From Verrucomicrobiota bacterium (GTDB lineage Bacteria; Chlamydiota; Chlamydiia; Chlamydiales; FEN-1388): DNA of 26,710 nt. Below the pieces are notes generated by a model. That model was not told the origin of the DNA. It saw nothing but the letters and a program-made list of their open reading frames with translations, and did not search any database. This document shows, one piece after another, positions 1-9,346 of the stretch. The position numbers were made by a program, and so were the translations under genes. The DNA lies in contig JAFEGS010000001.1 in the NCBI GenBank assembly GCA_018239705.1, forward strand, positions 1 to 26,710, given 5' to 3'. Each line of letters begins with the position of its first letter. Within the stretch, counting starts at the first letter, position 1.

Positions 1-144
1 GCGGCTAATATTGAACTCATGGTGGGTCTTCTGGTCTACTCCTATTTTATAGGTGTGAGCTATATGAAAGAGAGATCTCTCTGGGTAGCTATGGGGATGC
101 ATGGAACTTTTAACGCGCTGAGCTTATTGTGCATGACTTTTTGA
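1..144 (+). CDS. CPBP (Abi/CAAX protease-like) intramembrane metalloprotease, 3' end only (runs off window start)
   Basis: Manual translation of frame +1: AANIELMVGLLVYSYFIGVSYMKERSLWVAMGMHGTFNALSLLCMTF*. Hydrophobic, with the SLW..M.MH..FN (HxxxN) motif typical of the CPBP C-terminus. Not in the ORF track. Confidence 0.75.
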   Translation, partial: AANIELMVGLLVYSYFIGVSYMKERSLWVAMGMHGTFNALSLLCMTF

Positions 145-908
145 CTGGAAATTTGCGTGTGGAGCCTTCAAAACTAGCTGCCTATGGGCTGTCAGATACT
201 GGTCTTGTCCGTAAAAATAACGAGGACATGTGGAGCTGTGCGCCGGAGCTTGGTCTCTATGTCTTGGCAGATGGTATGGGTGGTCATCAGGCAGGAGAGG
301 TAGCAGCTCGAGAGACAACCTTTTTTTTCCTCTCCCATATGAAGCATCTACTCGAAGAAGAAAAAGGGATTGAAACGGCCGAAGAGGCGGCCGAGCTCAT
401 TCGTCTTGGTATTGAGGAGACAAACCATTTTGTCCATCAGCTGAGCAAGACCCATGAACTGCTTGTTGGCATGGGTACAACCTTTGTGTGTCTCTTCTTT
501 TATCGCGATTCAGTCATCTATGGACACGTTGGAGATTCAAGGATCTATCTACAGCACAAAGAGGGGCTGGAGCAGCTTACCTTCGATCATTCACTTCTCA
601 GAGAACTCCTTGAGCGGGGCTGTCTATCTGAAAAACAGGTAGATGACTCCTATAAAAATATTATTACACGAGCGATTGGCACTGAACCCTTTGTAGAGCC
701 CACTGTAAAAATTGCTCGCGTAAGTTCCGGAGATCTCTATCTTCTCTGCTCTGATGGACTTTCTGACCTGCTCAGTAACGAAGAAATCGGTCAGGTGCTT
801 CGCCTTCCCCTCACCGTTGAAGAAAAAGTGCGCACCTTAATTGCACTTGCGAAGCGAAAAGGCGGCCACGATAACGTTACGGCTGTTCTAGTGGAAGTAA
901 AGGTGTAA
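129..908 (+). CDS. PP2C/PPM-family Ser/Thr protein phosphatase (PrpC/Stp1-like)
   Basis: Motifs SDTGLVRKNNED, VLADGMGGH, MGTT, GHVGDSR, LTFDHS, ITRAIG, LLCSDGL and GGHDNVT. Confidence 0.95.
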   Translation: MHDFLTGNLRVEPSKLAAYGLSDTGLVRKNNEDMWSCAPELGLYVLADGMGGHQAGEVAARETTFFFLSHMKHLLEEEKGIETAEEAAELIRLGIEETNHFVHQLSKTHELLVGMGTTFVCLFFYRDSVIYGHVGDSRIYLQHKEGLEQLTFDHSLLRELLERGCLSEKQVDDSYKNIITRAIGTEPFVEPTVKIARVSSGDLYLLCSDGLSDLLSNEEIGQVLRLPLTVEEKVRTLIALAKRKGGHDNVTAVLVEVKV

Positions 909-909
909 C

Positions 910-2043
910 GTGAGTGCCCGAGTATACCTGGACAACAATGCGACGACGGCATTGGAAGAGGCTACCCTCGAGCTGCTCTCTACGGCGAGCCGCACCTATT
1001 TTGGTAATCCATCAAGTGTTCACCGATCAGGTCAAGAGGCAAAAGCGCAGCTTTTGAAAGCGCGCGAGATGATTGCATCAGCTCTTGGCGTCTCTCCCCA
1101 AGAAATCGTATTTACTGCAACAGCCACAGAGGCGCTCAATATTGTCTTAAGAGGCTATCTTAGCCAGCATCCTCGCGGCCATGTCATTACAAGTAATCTC
1201 GAACATGCTGCCGTCTTTCAAACCCTTACAGCCTTGCAGGCAGCAGGTCAAGATGTGACCTTTCTTCAAGGCGGCATGTATGGTGCTGTAGAGCCGGAGG
1301 CCGTAGCGAAGGCTATACAAAGTACTACAAAGCTGATCTGTCTGATGGCGGTAAATAATGAGACCGGCGTTATGACCGACATTGAGGCTATTGCAGCACT
1401 TGCCCAGTCGCATAATATTCCCTTTGTTGTCGATGCTGTAGCTCTCTTCGGAAAAGAGTGCTTTCAGATCCCTGCAGGAGTCTCTGCTATCTGTTTTAGC
1501 GGCCATAAATTTCATGCACCGAAGGGGATTGGGTTTATGTGGGTGAGAAAAACACTCAAGCTGCAGCCTCTCATTACAGGAGGCGATCAAGAGGGCGGGA
1601 GACGCGCCGGCACGGAAAATCTCCCGGCAATCCTTGCCCTTGCTGAAGCAGTAAGGCGCACGAAGGAGTGCTTGCAGGAGACTGCCACAAAGATGAGAGC
1701 CTTGAGAGATGCTTTTGAGGCACATATTTTCGAGCGCTGCCGAGGTGTGTCTATCAATGGACAAGGTCCAAGAGTCTCAAATACATCTAATCTCTGCTTT
1801 GAGGGCATAGATGGAGAGGCGCTCCTTATGTATCTCGATATGCAGGGGGTTGAGGCGTCGCTCGGCTCAGCCTGCGCTTCCGGCGCACTCGAGCCTTCGA
1901 GAATTCTTCGTAATATGGGCTTGAGCCACAAAGATGCGCTAGCATCTTTGCGCTTTTCGCTAAGCCGCTACACGACACAAGAAGAGATAGTGCGAGCAGT
2001 TGATGTGATCGTGCAAGGAGTCAACCTCCAGAGAAACAAATAG
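910..2043 (+). CDS. nifS: Cysteine desulfurase (NifS/IscS family, PLP-dependent)
   Basis: Motifs YLDNNATT, GNPSS, EH.AV, NNETG, SGHKFHAPKG (PLP lysine), RAGTEN and SLGSACASG (catalytic Cys). Confidence 0.95.
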   Translation: MSARVYLDNNATTALEEATLELLSTASRTYFGNPSSVHRSGQEAKAQLLKAREMIASALGVSPQEIVFTATATEALNIVLRGYLSQHPRGHVITSNLEHAAVFQTLTALQAAGQDVTFLQGGMYGAVEPEAVAKAIQSTTKLICLMAVNNETGVMTDIEAIAALAQSHNIPFVVDAVALFGKECFQIPAGVSAICFSGHKFHAPKGIGFMWVRKTLKLQPLITGGDQEGGRRAGTENLPAILALAEAVRRTKECLQETATKMRALRDAFEAHIFERCRGVSINGQGPRVSNTSNLCFEGIDGEALLMYLDMQGVEASLGSACASGALEPSRILRNMGLSHKDALASLRFSLSRYTTQEEIVRAVDVIVQGVNLQRNK

Positions 2044-2052
2044 AAAATTCCC

Positions 2053-2088
2053 TTGACAACTTTAAAAATTCAGTGAATTTTGAAAGTT
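2053..2088 (+). promoter_or_regulatory. Candidate dps promoter (-35 TTGACA) overlapped by a 15-1-15 palindrome (putative operator)
   Basis: TTGACA at 2053-2058. AACTTTAAAAATTCA-G-TGAATTTTGAAAGTT at 2058-2088 has one mismatch. No good -10 hexamer is visible. Confidence 0.5.
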
Positions 2089-2116
2089 AGGCTTTAAAAA
2101 TTCGGAGAGAGCAATC

Positions 2117-2638
2117 ATGGAGAGACCAGGTCAAAGTATATCAAAGAGTGGGCAAACACCCTCACAGTTTGCAGCAGCAAATAGCCTTGGCTTACCGGCA
2201 AGCGATGCTATTACAAAGGCAATGAACCCTCTCGTGGCCGACGCATTTGCACTCTATGTGAAGACAAAAAATTACCATTGGCATGTGTCTGGGCCATCTT
2301 TTCGCGATTATCATCTCTTATTTGATGAGCAGGCAGAGCAAATTTTTGCCATGATTGACCCTCTTGCAGAACGTGTTCGCAAGCTTGGTGGAACGACAAT
2401 CCGATCGGTGGGCGAAATCCAAAAGCAAACAGCTGTAGCCGATGATAATGATGCATCAGTTGAGCCGCGAGAGATGATAGGGCGCCTCCTGGAGGATAAT
2501 AGACGTTTTGCCGATGCACTTCGCAAGGCACATGATGTCTGCGAGAAGTACAAAGATGTAGCTTCTACCAGTGTCCTGGAAATTTTTCTGGATGAAACAG
2601 AGCGTCGTATCTGGTTCCTAAATAGTGTCATTGTTTAA
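2117..2638 (+). CDS. dps: Dps family DNA starvation/stationary-phase protection protein (ferritin-like)
   Basis: KTKNYHWHVSGPSFRDYHLLFDEQ...IDPLAERVRKLGG signature; RBS-like GGAGAG upstream. Confidence 0.93.
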   Translation: MERPGQSISKSGQTPSQFAAANSLGLPASDAITKAMNPLVADAFALYVKTKNYHWHVSGPSFRDYHLLFDEQAEQIFAMIDPLAERVRKLGGTTIRSVGEIQKQTAVADDNDASVEPREMIGRLLEDNRRFADALRKAHDVCEKYKDVASTSVLEIFLDETERRIWFLNSVIV

Positions 2639-4897
2639 TTTCTTGAAGAATTCCTCGTGATTTCGTTTTGGGAACTCGATACCATACTGCAGGCTTCTCT
2701 GATAGGCTTCCAGTGTCTTTTGAATCACAAACTGTTCATAGCTGCATAGGTCTGCCTGTCTTGTGGCTCTATCGACGATAAAATCTACAATCAGGCAGTT
2801 AAGGGGCTCACTAGCTTGAAGAGAAAAACATTGGCATGGAAGCGTTTTGAAATGGTCGAGAAGATGATTAGAAGCCTCTCGCTGCTTGTCCCCCCCTCCC
2901 CATAGCGCATAAGAGAGTAGATGGAGCAGGACGGTGGTATGAGTATCTGGGTCCTGTACTCCGGAGGTGAACTTGGTCATAGCGACTTGAGTAGGTGCAG
3001 TAATAGAGCCACAGGCATAGAGGTTCGGATTCTCTTCAATTTTTCGTAGTTTGTCTGTAGCCATCTTGAGTATGGGAGAAGTTTCTTCCCACTTGGGTAT
3101 TGTAGCCGGGAATTGCTGCTCTATTTTGGCAAGCTGCACAATGCTTTTGGAATAGCACTGGATAAAGAGATTGTGGCAGCGGCTAGATTCACACACGTCA
3201 ATAAGCTCAAAAAGGGAGACGAGAGAGCTGAGGATGTCATTTCCGAATTGGCGCTGATAGGCACTATAGAGCTCTAAAAAAGAGGGTGTATTCTTACCTA
3301 CTGCATGTATATGGTCCATGTACTGTGCATTCTTACTCAGTGCGTACAGCGCCATATCGAGCTTAAGATACGAGCGGTTCTTTGAAAAATAGAACCATTC
3401 AGTAATCTCTCGTGTAAGGTATTGTATAATGCGGGTGAGGAGCAGGCTTTCGCTTAAACGTTCTATACTCTTTTTTCTATTGCCTTGTACAATAGCAAGC
3501 CATATCTCTTCATCTCTGTTGCACTGGGTAATTACTTGCAAACCAACTCGTGAGAGCAATGTCTCGAGGCTCTTGGTAATTTTGTGATTAAATTGTAGTA
3601 GCTGCTTGTCGTCTTCTACATAGAGTAGAAGTGCCTGTGAGACTGAATGAGCAGCACTGAAGAGGGCTTGGATTTTTTTTGAGGTGTTAATGCTATTGTG
3701 GGGAATAGAAAGAAAATCGCATGTATGCCTTATGGAGGCGATAGTTTTTTCATTTGCTGTGGATATATTGGCAAAAATGTGTGAGAGGTTGAATCGGATG
3801 TCCTGAATGAAGGCTGAAAGCCGAGCTGCGTAATTGAGCCCAGTACTTGTCTGCTGTGAATGCATGATTTGATAAAAGGCTGCTCGAATGTCTTCTAAAG
3901 CCTTTTCGATGATGGAGAGAGGTCCTTCGAAATAGGCACGAAAGAGATCTTCATTTTGTGTAATTTCTGCAAATTCCTTCCCTCGGTTTTCATATAGTCC
4001 TTGTAGGCAGTCCTGCACATCTTCATCGAGGATTTGAAGATCCATTGCCAGTTTTTTCATATAATTGATGAGTGGGGCGGTTAGCTCATTTCCCCAATTT
4101 ATTATAAAATATTCTGTAACGCTTGCGCCTGTTCCAGTGCGAAAGGCAAGATCCTCTCTCAGAGATGCATTGCTGTCCGTAGCTCGCTGTTTTCTCTTCG
4201 TAGTAATATCTGGAAGTGCATCCTGCCTTGTATAATTTCGTTCCTCTGTGCTTTTAATTTCATCCAATTTACTTATAACCAATTCATTATTGATATGTTC
4301 TTTGGCTAGTTTTTCCTCTTGATCGCACTGTTCCATTTGCTCATGAATGCGCTTTATATTCTCTTTCAGGTGAGGGTCTTCCAGAGTGTGGAGGAGCAGC
4401 TTTTGCTCTTTTAATGTAGCTTTAAAAGTGTCTGTTACACGTCCTTTTTTAGCCAGTTTATCATACTCTAAAACAGATACCTTATAGAGTATTACAGCCT
4501 GTGAATAGGCTGGACTATTAAGGAGTAGTGCGAGCTGTTCTACTTTGGTTTTTATCATTTGAAGTTTCAGGCTCAAGGGAAAAAGCTGCTGCATACTTGG
4601 GCAGAGAGCCTGCAGGGGCAAAAAGGGAAGCTGTTCATAGAGTTTGCACATGTCTAAGTTGCAAGTGGTTAAAGTCTCGATGGGTGCCGCAAGTTCAGTT
4701 TTCAGCTCCTCATGCCTTTCAAGTATTCTTTTGGATGGAGCTGCGAAGGAATAGATGCTTGCTGCAATTTCATTTATATTTTTTTCTACAGCTTCTATCA
4801 ACTGATTGATTTCGTTCAACTTATTGAAAAATATTTGTTCATCTGGTGTGTCTATATCTGTTTCATTTGTCAAAAAGTAGCGAGGAGTTATTTGCAT
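2618..4897 (-). CDS. Hypothetical large helical/coiled-coil protein (paralog 2 of tandem pair)
   Basis: 759-aa ORF alignable by eye to 4863..6590; no recognisable domain. Confidence 0.8.
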   Translation of the reverse strand: MQITPRYFLTNETDIDTPDEQIFFNKLNEINQLIEAVEKNINEIAASIYSFAAPSKRILERHEELKTELAAPIETLTTCNLDMCKLYEQLPFLPLQALCPSMQQLFPLSLKLQMIKTKVEQLALLLNSPAYSQAVILYKVSVLEYDKLAKKGRVTDTFKATLKEQKLLLHTLEDPHLKENIKRIHEQMEQCDQEEKLAKEHINNELVISKLDEIKSTEERNYTRQDALPDITTKRKQRATDSNASLREDLAFRTGTGASVTEYFIINWGNELTAPLINYMKKLAMDLQILDEDVQDCLQGLYENRGKEFAEITQNEDLFRAYFEGPLSIIEKALEDIRAAFYQIMHSQQTSTGLNYAARLSAFIQDIRFNLSHIFANISTANEKTIASIRHTCDFLSIPHNSINTSKKIQALFSAAHSVSQALLLYVEDDKQLLQFNHKITKSLETLLSRVGLQVITQCNRDEEIWLAIVQGNRKKSIERLSESLLLTRIIQYLTREITEWFYFSKNRSYLKLDMALYALSKNAQYMDHIHAVGKNTPSFLELYSAYQRQFGNDILSSLVSLFELIDVCESSRCHNLFIQCYSKSIVQLAKIEQQFPATIPKWEETSPILKMATDKLRKIEENPNLYACGSITAPTQVAMTKFTSGVQDPDTHTTVLLHLLSYALWGGGDKQREASNHLLDHFKTLPCQCFSLQASEPLNCLIVDFIVDRATRQADLCSYEQFVIQKTLEAYQRSLQYGIEFPKRNHEEFFKKLNNDTI

Positions 4898-6590
4898 GAT
4901 CTTCTCCCAAATTTAAATTTTCTATTAAGTGGTTAATTTGATCGCTGGTTTCTTCGTGGTTATGTGGATAAGATTGATATAGGGCAGTAAGGGCAGGATG
5001 TTTTTTCAACCGCTTGTCAAGAAGGCTCTGATAGTCTTTTGACTCCTTACTAACCTGAAGTACGTTGTTGAGCTTGCTATTTGATGGCTTGTTTGAAAAA
5101 TAGAGCCACTCTATTATCGATTTTTCGATATATTTGAAGATTTTTCGGGAATTGCCTTTGTTAAAACCGGTTTCTTCAAACATACTCAAGAGATCATCAG
5201 AGGATATTTTTTCAAGTATCTGATTGCCAATGCGAGCGATGACTATTTCAAGGCATGAGGCAACTTTAAAATTGAATTGCGACATGCTTAGGGTATTTTT
5301 TTTATATTTGAGAAGTGCTTGTGCAGTAGCCTGTGCAGCCTGTAGGAGCGCTTTTAGCTGCCTTGAGGAGTTCTTATTTGCTTCTACTTCGGAGAGTAAT
5401 GTGAAGGTATGATTGACCGCTCTGATGACCAGTTGATTCTTTCTGTCAATATTTGAGAAGAAATAACTGGTCATGTAGGAGGTCTCTTGATTGGCGGCCA
5501 GAAGGCGAGCTGCATAGTGGAGGCCTTTTTCGATTTCCCCGCTTTGTATTAAGGTGTAGAGTGATTTGCGGATTTTTATAATGGTACATCGGTTAAAAGC
5601 GAGAGCGGTTTCTAATGGTATTTTGAGCCGCTCTTCAGGATACTCCTCGTCTGGAAAGGCTGTCCAGTTGCCATGATAGAGCATCTGCAGGGTCGCAAGG
5701 CATGTTTGTTGAATGAGCTGTAGCTCTTTTGCCTCCTCTTCCAATTGGCTCACAAGTGTATTGGTAGAATAATTTGCATATTTTGTAAGAATGCTTATAT
5801 TTATGAAATATTGTGTGGGACATAAGGTGAGCTCGTTTTTGAGCGTTATTGCTTTTGCCTCTTGCTTACGCTCATTAATATCATTTTTTATCAAGCCCTG
5901 TAAACCAGCTTTTTTAGTCTTGGAGAGAGTCAATGAAGCGCATTGCTTATCAAGTATGTCGTCGAGAGTGCAGTCTTCGATGGGTATGTCGTTTCCACAG
6001 GCAGCGTGGTAAAATTGTGTAATTTCTTCATGTACAAGCCGTATGTGATACTGTAGTCGTTGATCTAGATTGTGTAGATCTTTTGACTGAAGCGCTACAT
6101 CTTGTTTTGTAGTATTCCAAATTTTAATTAAGTTCTCTTTGTTTGTGCAGCTCTCTTGGCACTGACGGATCGTCCTCCTATATGATACGATGGATCCTGC
6201 GTATACATCACTAGAGAGCAGGAGCATTAGGCGGGTGATTTTCTCTGTTGAGAGCTCTATTTGCAGCTGTATACTGTGGATTTTCGCCATGTGTTTATGT
6301 GCGATCTCAAGAGAGAAGGGAAGAGCGCTATAAAGATTAGTAATAATGCGCGAGCATTTTTCGAGGGTAGATGAGCTATTTTGCAGCTCCTGCAGCCACT
6401 CCTTGTGCGTTGCAAATACGCTCTTTTCCGGAGCTGAGTAGGAATAGATCATCCCCCCGATTATGCCTTGCGTCTCCTTTACAGACTGCAGCTCCTTCTC
6501 AATTTCCAATAGCTGTGCTGCAAATTCGCTCTCTTCAGGCGGTGCGATATCATCTGTGGAGACAAAGTGGTAACGTGTACAGGGGTGCAT
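4863..6590 (-). CDS. Hypothetical large helical/coiled-coil protein (paralog 1 of tandem pair)
   Basis: 575-aa ORF; its start overlaps the LOG stop (TAATG); shares blocks with 2618..4897. Confidence 0.8.
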   Translation of the reverse strand: MHPCTRYHFVSTDDIAPPEESEFAAQLLEIEKELQSVKETQGIIGGMIYSYSAPEKSVFATHKEWLQELQNSSSTLEKCSRIITNLYSALPFSLEIAHKHMAKIHSIQLQIELSTEKITRLMLLLSSDVYAGSIVSYRRTIRQCQESCTNKENLIKIWNTTKQDVALQSKDLHNLDQRLQYHIRLVHEEITQFYHAACGNDIPIEDCTLDDILDKQCASLTLSKTKKAGLQGLIKNDINERKQEAKAITLKNELTLCPTQYFINISILTKYANYSTNTLVSQLEEEAKELQLIQQTCLATLQMLYHGNWTAFPDEEYPEERLKIPLETALAFNRCTIIKIRKSLYTLIQSGEIEKGLHYAARLLAANQETSYMTSYFFSNIDRKNQLVIRAVNHTFTLLSEVEANKNSSRQLKALLQAAQATAQALLKYKKNTLSMSQFNFKVASCLEIVIARIGNQILEKISSDDLLSMFEETGFNKGNSRKIFKYIEKSIIEWLYFSNKPSNSKLNNVLQVSKESKDYQSLLDKRLKKHPALTALYQSYPHNHEETSDQINHLIENLNLGEDHANNSSLLFDK

Positions 6591-7285
6591 TATATTTGTT
6601 GATCCTTTAGTAGTTTAAATCGATCGTGGTATGCGCGCTCAAGTCCATCTGCTACTTCATCTAAATCATCTGTAAGGACAAAAAGATCTAAATCACTTTG
6701 GTCGATGCAAGGTTCTTCGAGCATTGTCTCCTTTAACCATTCCACTAACCCTTGCCAGTAGCGTATCCCAATCAGGTATATTGGTACAGGCTTGATCTTC
6801 TTGGTCTGGATCAGTGTAACAGCCTCAAACAGCTCGTCCAGGGTGCCGTACCCTCCGGGAAGGAAGACAAAGCCTTCTGCATATCGTACAAACATGACCT
6901 TCCGGACAAAAAAATAGCGGAAACGAAGCTTCAACTTAGAATCGATAAAGGTATTAGGCTCTGATTCAAAGGGCAGGTCGATGACAAGCCCGCAAGAGCG
7001 TCCTTGTGCCATTTGAGCACCTTTGTTGGCAGCTTCCATGATGCTGGATCCAGCTCCTGTAATAATGCTAAAGCCCTTTTTAGCTATTTTGTAGGAGATA
7101 TCAAGCCCAATTTTGTAGTACTCATTTGTTGCCGGGAGGCGGGCTGAGCCAAAAATGGAGATGGAAGGGCCGATCATCGATAGCGTTTCAAAGCCATCGA
7201 CAAATTCAGAAATAATTCGAAATAGCCTCCACGCGTCAGTGCCTGAGGGGGGAAGAAATTCATTTGGTTGATTTGTCTCTGTCAT
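6590..7285 (-). CDS. LOG family nucleotide phosphoribohydrolase (TIGR00730-like Rossmann fold)
   Basis: Motifs SIFGSAR, ITGAG..IMEAANKGA, FRYFFVRKVMF and PGGYGTLDELFE. Confidence 0.92.
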   Translation of the reverse strand: MTETNQPNEFLPPSGTDAWRLFRIISEFVDGFETLSMIGPSISIFGSARLPATNEYYKIGLDISYKIAKKGFSIITGAGSSIMEAANKGAQMAQGRSCGLVIDLPFESEPNTFIDSKLKLRFRYFFVRKVMFVRYAEGFVFLPGGYGTLDELFEAVTLIQTKKIKPVPIYLIGIRYWQGLVEWLKETMLEEPCIDQSDLDLFVLTDDLDEVADGLERAYHDRFKLLKDQQI

Positions 7286-7334
7286 GATGGGTAAATCCTT
7301 GATGTATATCTACTATCTTGTGATTATAGCTGTA

Positions 7335-8204
7335 ATGAACTACTACGTATCACCTTTAGCTACTCTTGAGAAACTGGTACTTTTCAGGCAGACCCTTTTT
7401 GGGCTGCCTTGGGTACTGCTCAGCGCTCTTTTGGCCTATTCCCAAGAGAGAACAGTACACCCGACTCTATCTACATGGTTGTACATTATTGGCGCATTTT
7501 GTGCTGCTCGATTTTCAGGAATGTGCCTCAATAGAATAATTGATAGGCATATTGATGCAAAAAATCCGCGTACCTGTCAGCGCGCTTTGCCGAGAGGGGA
7601 GGTATCTCTTCAGACATGCGCTCTCTTAACGGCATTTTTTATGGGGCTTTTCCTCTATTTTACCTATCTTTTAGGCCCACTCTGTTTTCAGCTTTCTTGG
7701 ATCATTGCGCCACTCCTCTGCCTCTATTCCTATACAAAACGCTTTACCTTGCTGTGCCACTTTGTGCTTGGGCTGATCCAGTTTTTTGGCCCTCTGTGTG
7801 CGTGGGTAGCGGTTACTGGTGAGCTCTCTCTTGCGCCGCTACTTTTAGGCTTTGCCCTTTTTTGCGCAATGGCGGCAGGAGATATTATTTATGCCTGCCA
7901 GGATGTGGAGTTTGATAGGAAGACGAAGCTCTATAGCGTTCCCGCAAAGGTTGGAAGGTTTCGAGCCATTGCACTTGCCAAGGTGTTGCATACAGCTGCT
8001 GTGGCGAGCCTCTTTGTGTGCGGATATGTTCTTCATCTTAGCGCCCTCTTTTATCTTAGCGTAGCTCTTGTGGGCGGGCTCTATGTCTACTCATACAGAA
8101 AAGTAAATGATTTTGATAGCCGTTTTGCCTTTACTAATAACGTCTCGGGCATAACGCTCTTGCTTTGTACCTTTGGAGAGTATGTGTGGCGCGTATTGTT
8201 GTAG
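7335..8204 (+). CDS. ubiA: UbiA-family prenyltransferase (MqnP-like, menaquinone pathway)
   Basis: NRIIDRHIDAKNPRT.QRALP and DIIYACQDVEFD motifs; multiple transmembrane stretches. Start moved to ATG 7335 because the track start at 7284 overlaps the divergent LOG start. Confidence 0.92.
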   Translation: MNYYVSPLATLEKLVLFRQTLFGLPWVLLSALLAYSQERTVHPTLSTWLYIIGAFCAARFSGMCLNRIIDRHIDAKNPRTCQRALPRGEVSLQTCALLTAFFMGLFLYFTYLLGPLCFQLSWIIAPLLCLYSYTKRFTLLCHFVLGLIQFFGPLCAWVAVTGELSLAPLLLGFALFCAMAAGDIIYACQDVEFDRKTKLYSVPAKVGRFRAIALAKVLHTAAVASLFVCGYVLHLSALFYLSVALVGGLYVYSYRKVNDFDSRFAFTNNVSGITLLLCTFGEYVWRVLL

Positions 8205-8776
8205 GAGTTTCCGGGGCCTCCGGAACAATTTTGGCACATCGCCTCATCCAGGCGCTTAGTACTCTCGGACACAACGTAGAGCTGATAATAAGCCGTGACG
8301 CCTCTCTTACTATCCTCAAAGAGATGGGGGAGGAGTTTGCAAGTCCTCAAAAGTTTGTCAAAAGCTTTTCAGAAGAGCTTCGAGCACGTATAAGGCTGCA
8401 CCATGCAGATGATTTTAGCGCTCCCATTGCAAGTGGATCGTATCGTTTTGATGCCTGTGTGATTGTGCCGTGCAGTATGGCCACGCTAGCGGCGATTAGT
8501 ACCGGCTTGGCAGATAACCTACTGAGACGGGCAGCTGATGTGGCTTTAAAAGAGAAAAGGCGACTCGTGCTTGTGCCAAGAGAGGCCCCTTTTAATGAGA
8601 TCCACCTCGAAAATATGCTGAAACTTTCCAGGATGGGAGCAGTGGTTTTCCCTCCAATACCGGCCTGGTATATGCTGCCCCAGTCTCTTGAGGAGATGGA
8701 GCAGTTTATGATCAGCCGACTGCTTGACCAGTTGGGGATAGTGGCCGATATCATGCCTCGGTGGGGGGAAAGCTGA
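8186..8776 (+). CDS. ubiX: UbiX/Pad1 flavin prenyltransferase
   Basis: Motifs IVVGVSGASG, APIASGS, PCSMATLA, RAADVALKEKRRLVLVPREAP and IHLENML. GTG at 8186 is preceded by GGAGA. Confidence 0.95.
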   Translation: MARIVVGVSGASGTILAHRLIQALSTLGHNVELIISRDASLTILKEMGEEFASPQKFVKSFSEELRARIRLHHADDFSAPIASGSYRFDACVIVPCSMATLAAISTGLADNLLRRAADVALKEKRRLVLVPREAPFNEIHLENMLKLSRMGAVVFPPIPAWYMLPQSLEEMEQFMISRLLDQLGIVADIMPRWGES

Positions 8777-8781
8777 TGTTT

Positions 8782-9324
8782 TTACATATTTTTGCGAAAA
8801 ATTGATAACTGCTTTCTTTCAACGGCTTTGTGTTTATTGTAAAAATCGATAGCATTCTTATTGTCTTTGGCAACAATAAAAGCAATTCTACAGCACTGAT
8901 TATCTCTGGCTCGCTCTTCAATTTTCTCGAATAGACGTGATCCGATTCCTTTTCGGCGATGCGCTTCTTCGATATATAAATCTTCTAGACAAAGTTCAGG
9001 CTGAGCCTCAAAGCCGCTAAATCCAATGTAATAGATAGCAAAGCCCGCGATCTTTTTCTCGATCTCAGCAAGTATGACTGAAGCCCTTGGTTTTTCTCCA
9101 AATAGGTGTGTGCGGAGGTTTTCGATTTTTATTGTAGAGGGGTCGCGACCGTGAAAAGCTTTAATCTTGCATAGAAGGTCATAGACACTTTGTACATCTT
9201 CAATTGTAGCCTCTCTCAAGACGGTGTTAAGTGGAGTAGAGTTATTTGACGATGAAGAAGAATCAGCAGAAACTAAAAGAGTAGATGTAATTTCTGATGA
9301 ATAGTAAGTTTTTGTTGGCTCCAT
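8782..9324 (-). CDS. GNAT acetyltransferase (diamine/SSAT-like) with a Ser-rich N-terminal extension
   Basis: IAGFAIY, LEDLYI...HRRKGIGSRL (acetyl-CoA motif A) and N..AIDFY.K. Confidence 0.88.
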   Translation of the reverse strand: MEPTKTYYSSEITSTLLVSADSSSSSNNSTPLNTVLREATIEDVQSVYDLLCKIKAFHGRDPSTIKIENLRTHLFGEKPRASVILAEIEKKIAGFAIYYIGFSGFEAQPELCLEDLYIEEAHRRKGIGSRLFEKIEERARDNQCCRIAFIVAKDNKNAIDFYNKHKAVERKQLSIFRKNM

Positions 9325-9346
9325 TTTTATTTCCTTATTATTTAAA

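Noticed and set aside
1147-1931. Long antisense ORFs inside nifS, and similar nested ORFs within ubiX, YitT, EEP, MoxR and ttcA
   Set aside because: They are fully nested opposite or off-frame to well-supported genes, with no motifs; typical shadow ORFs.
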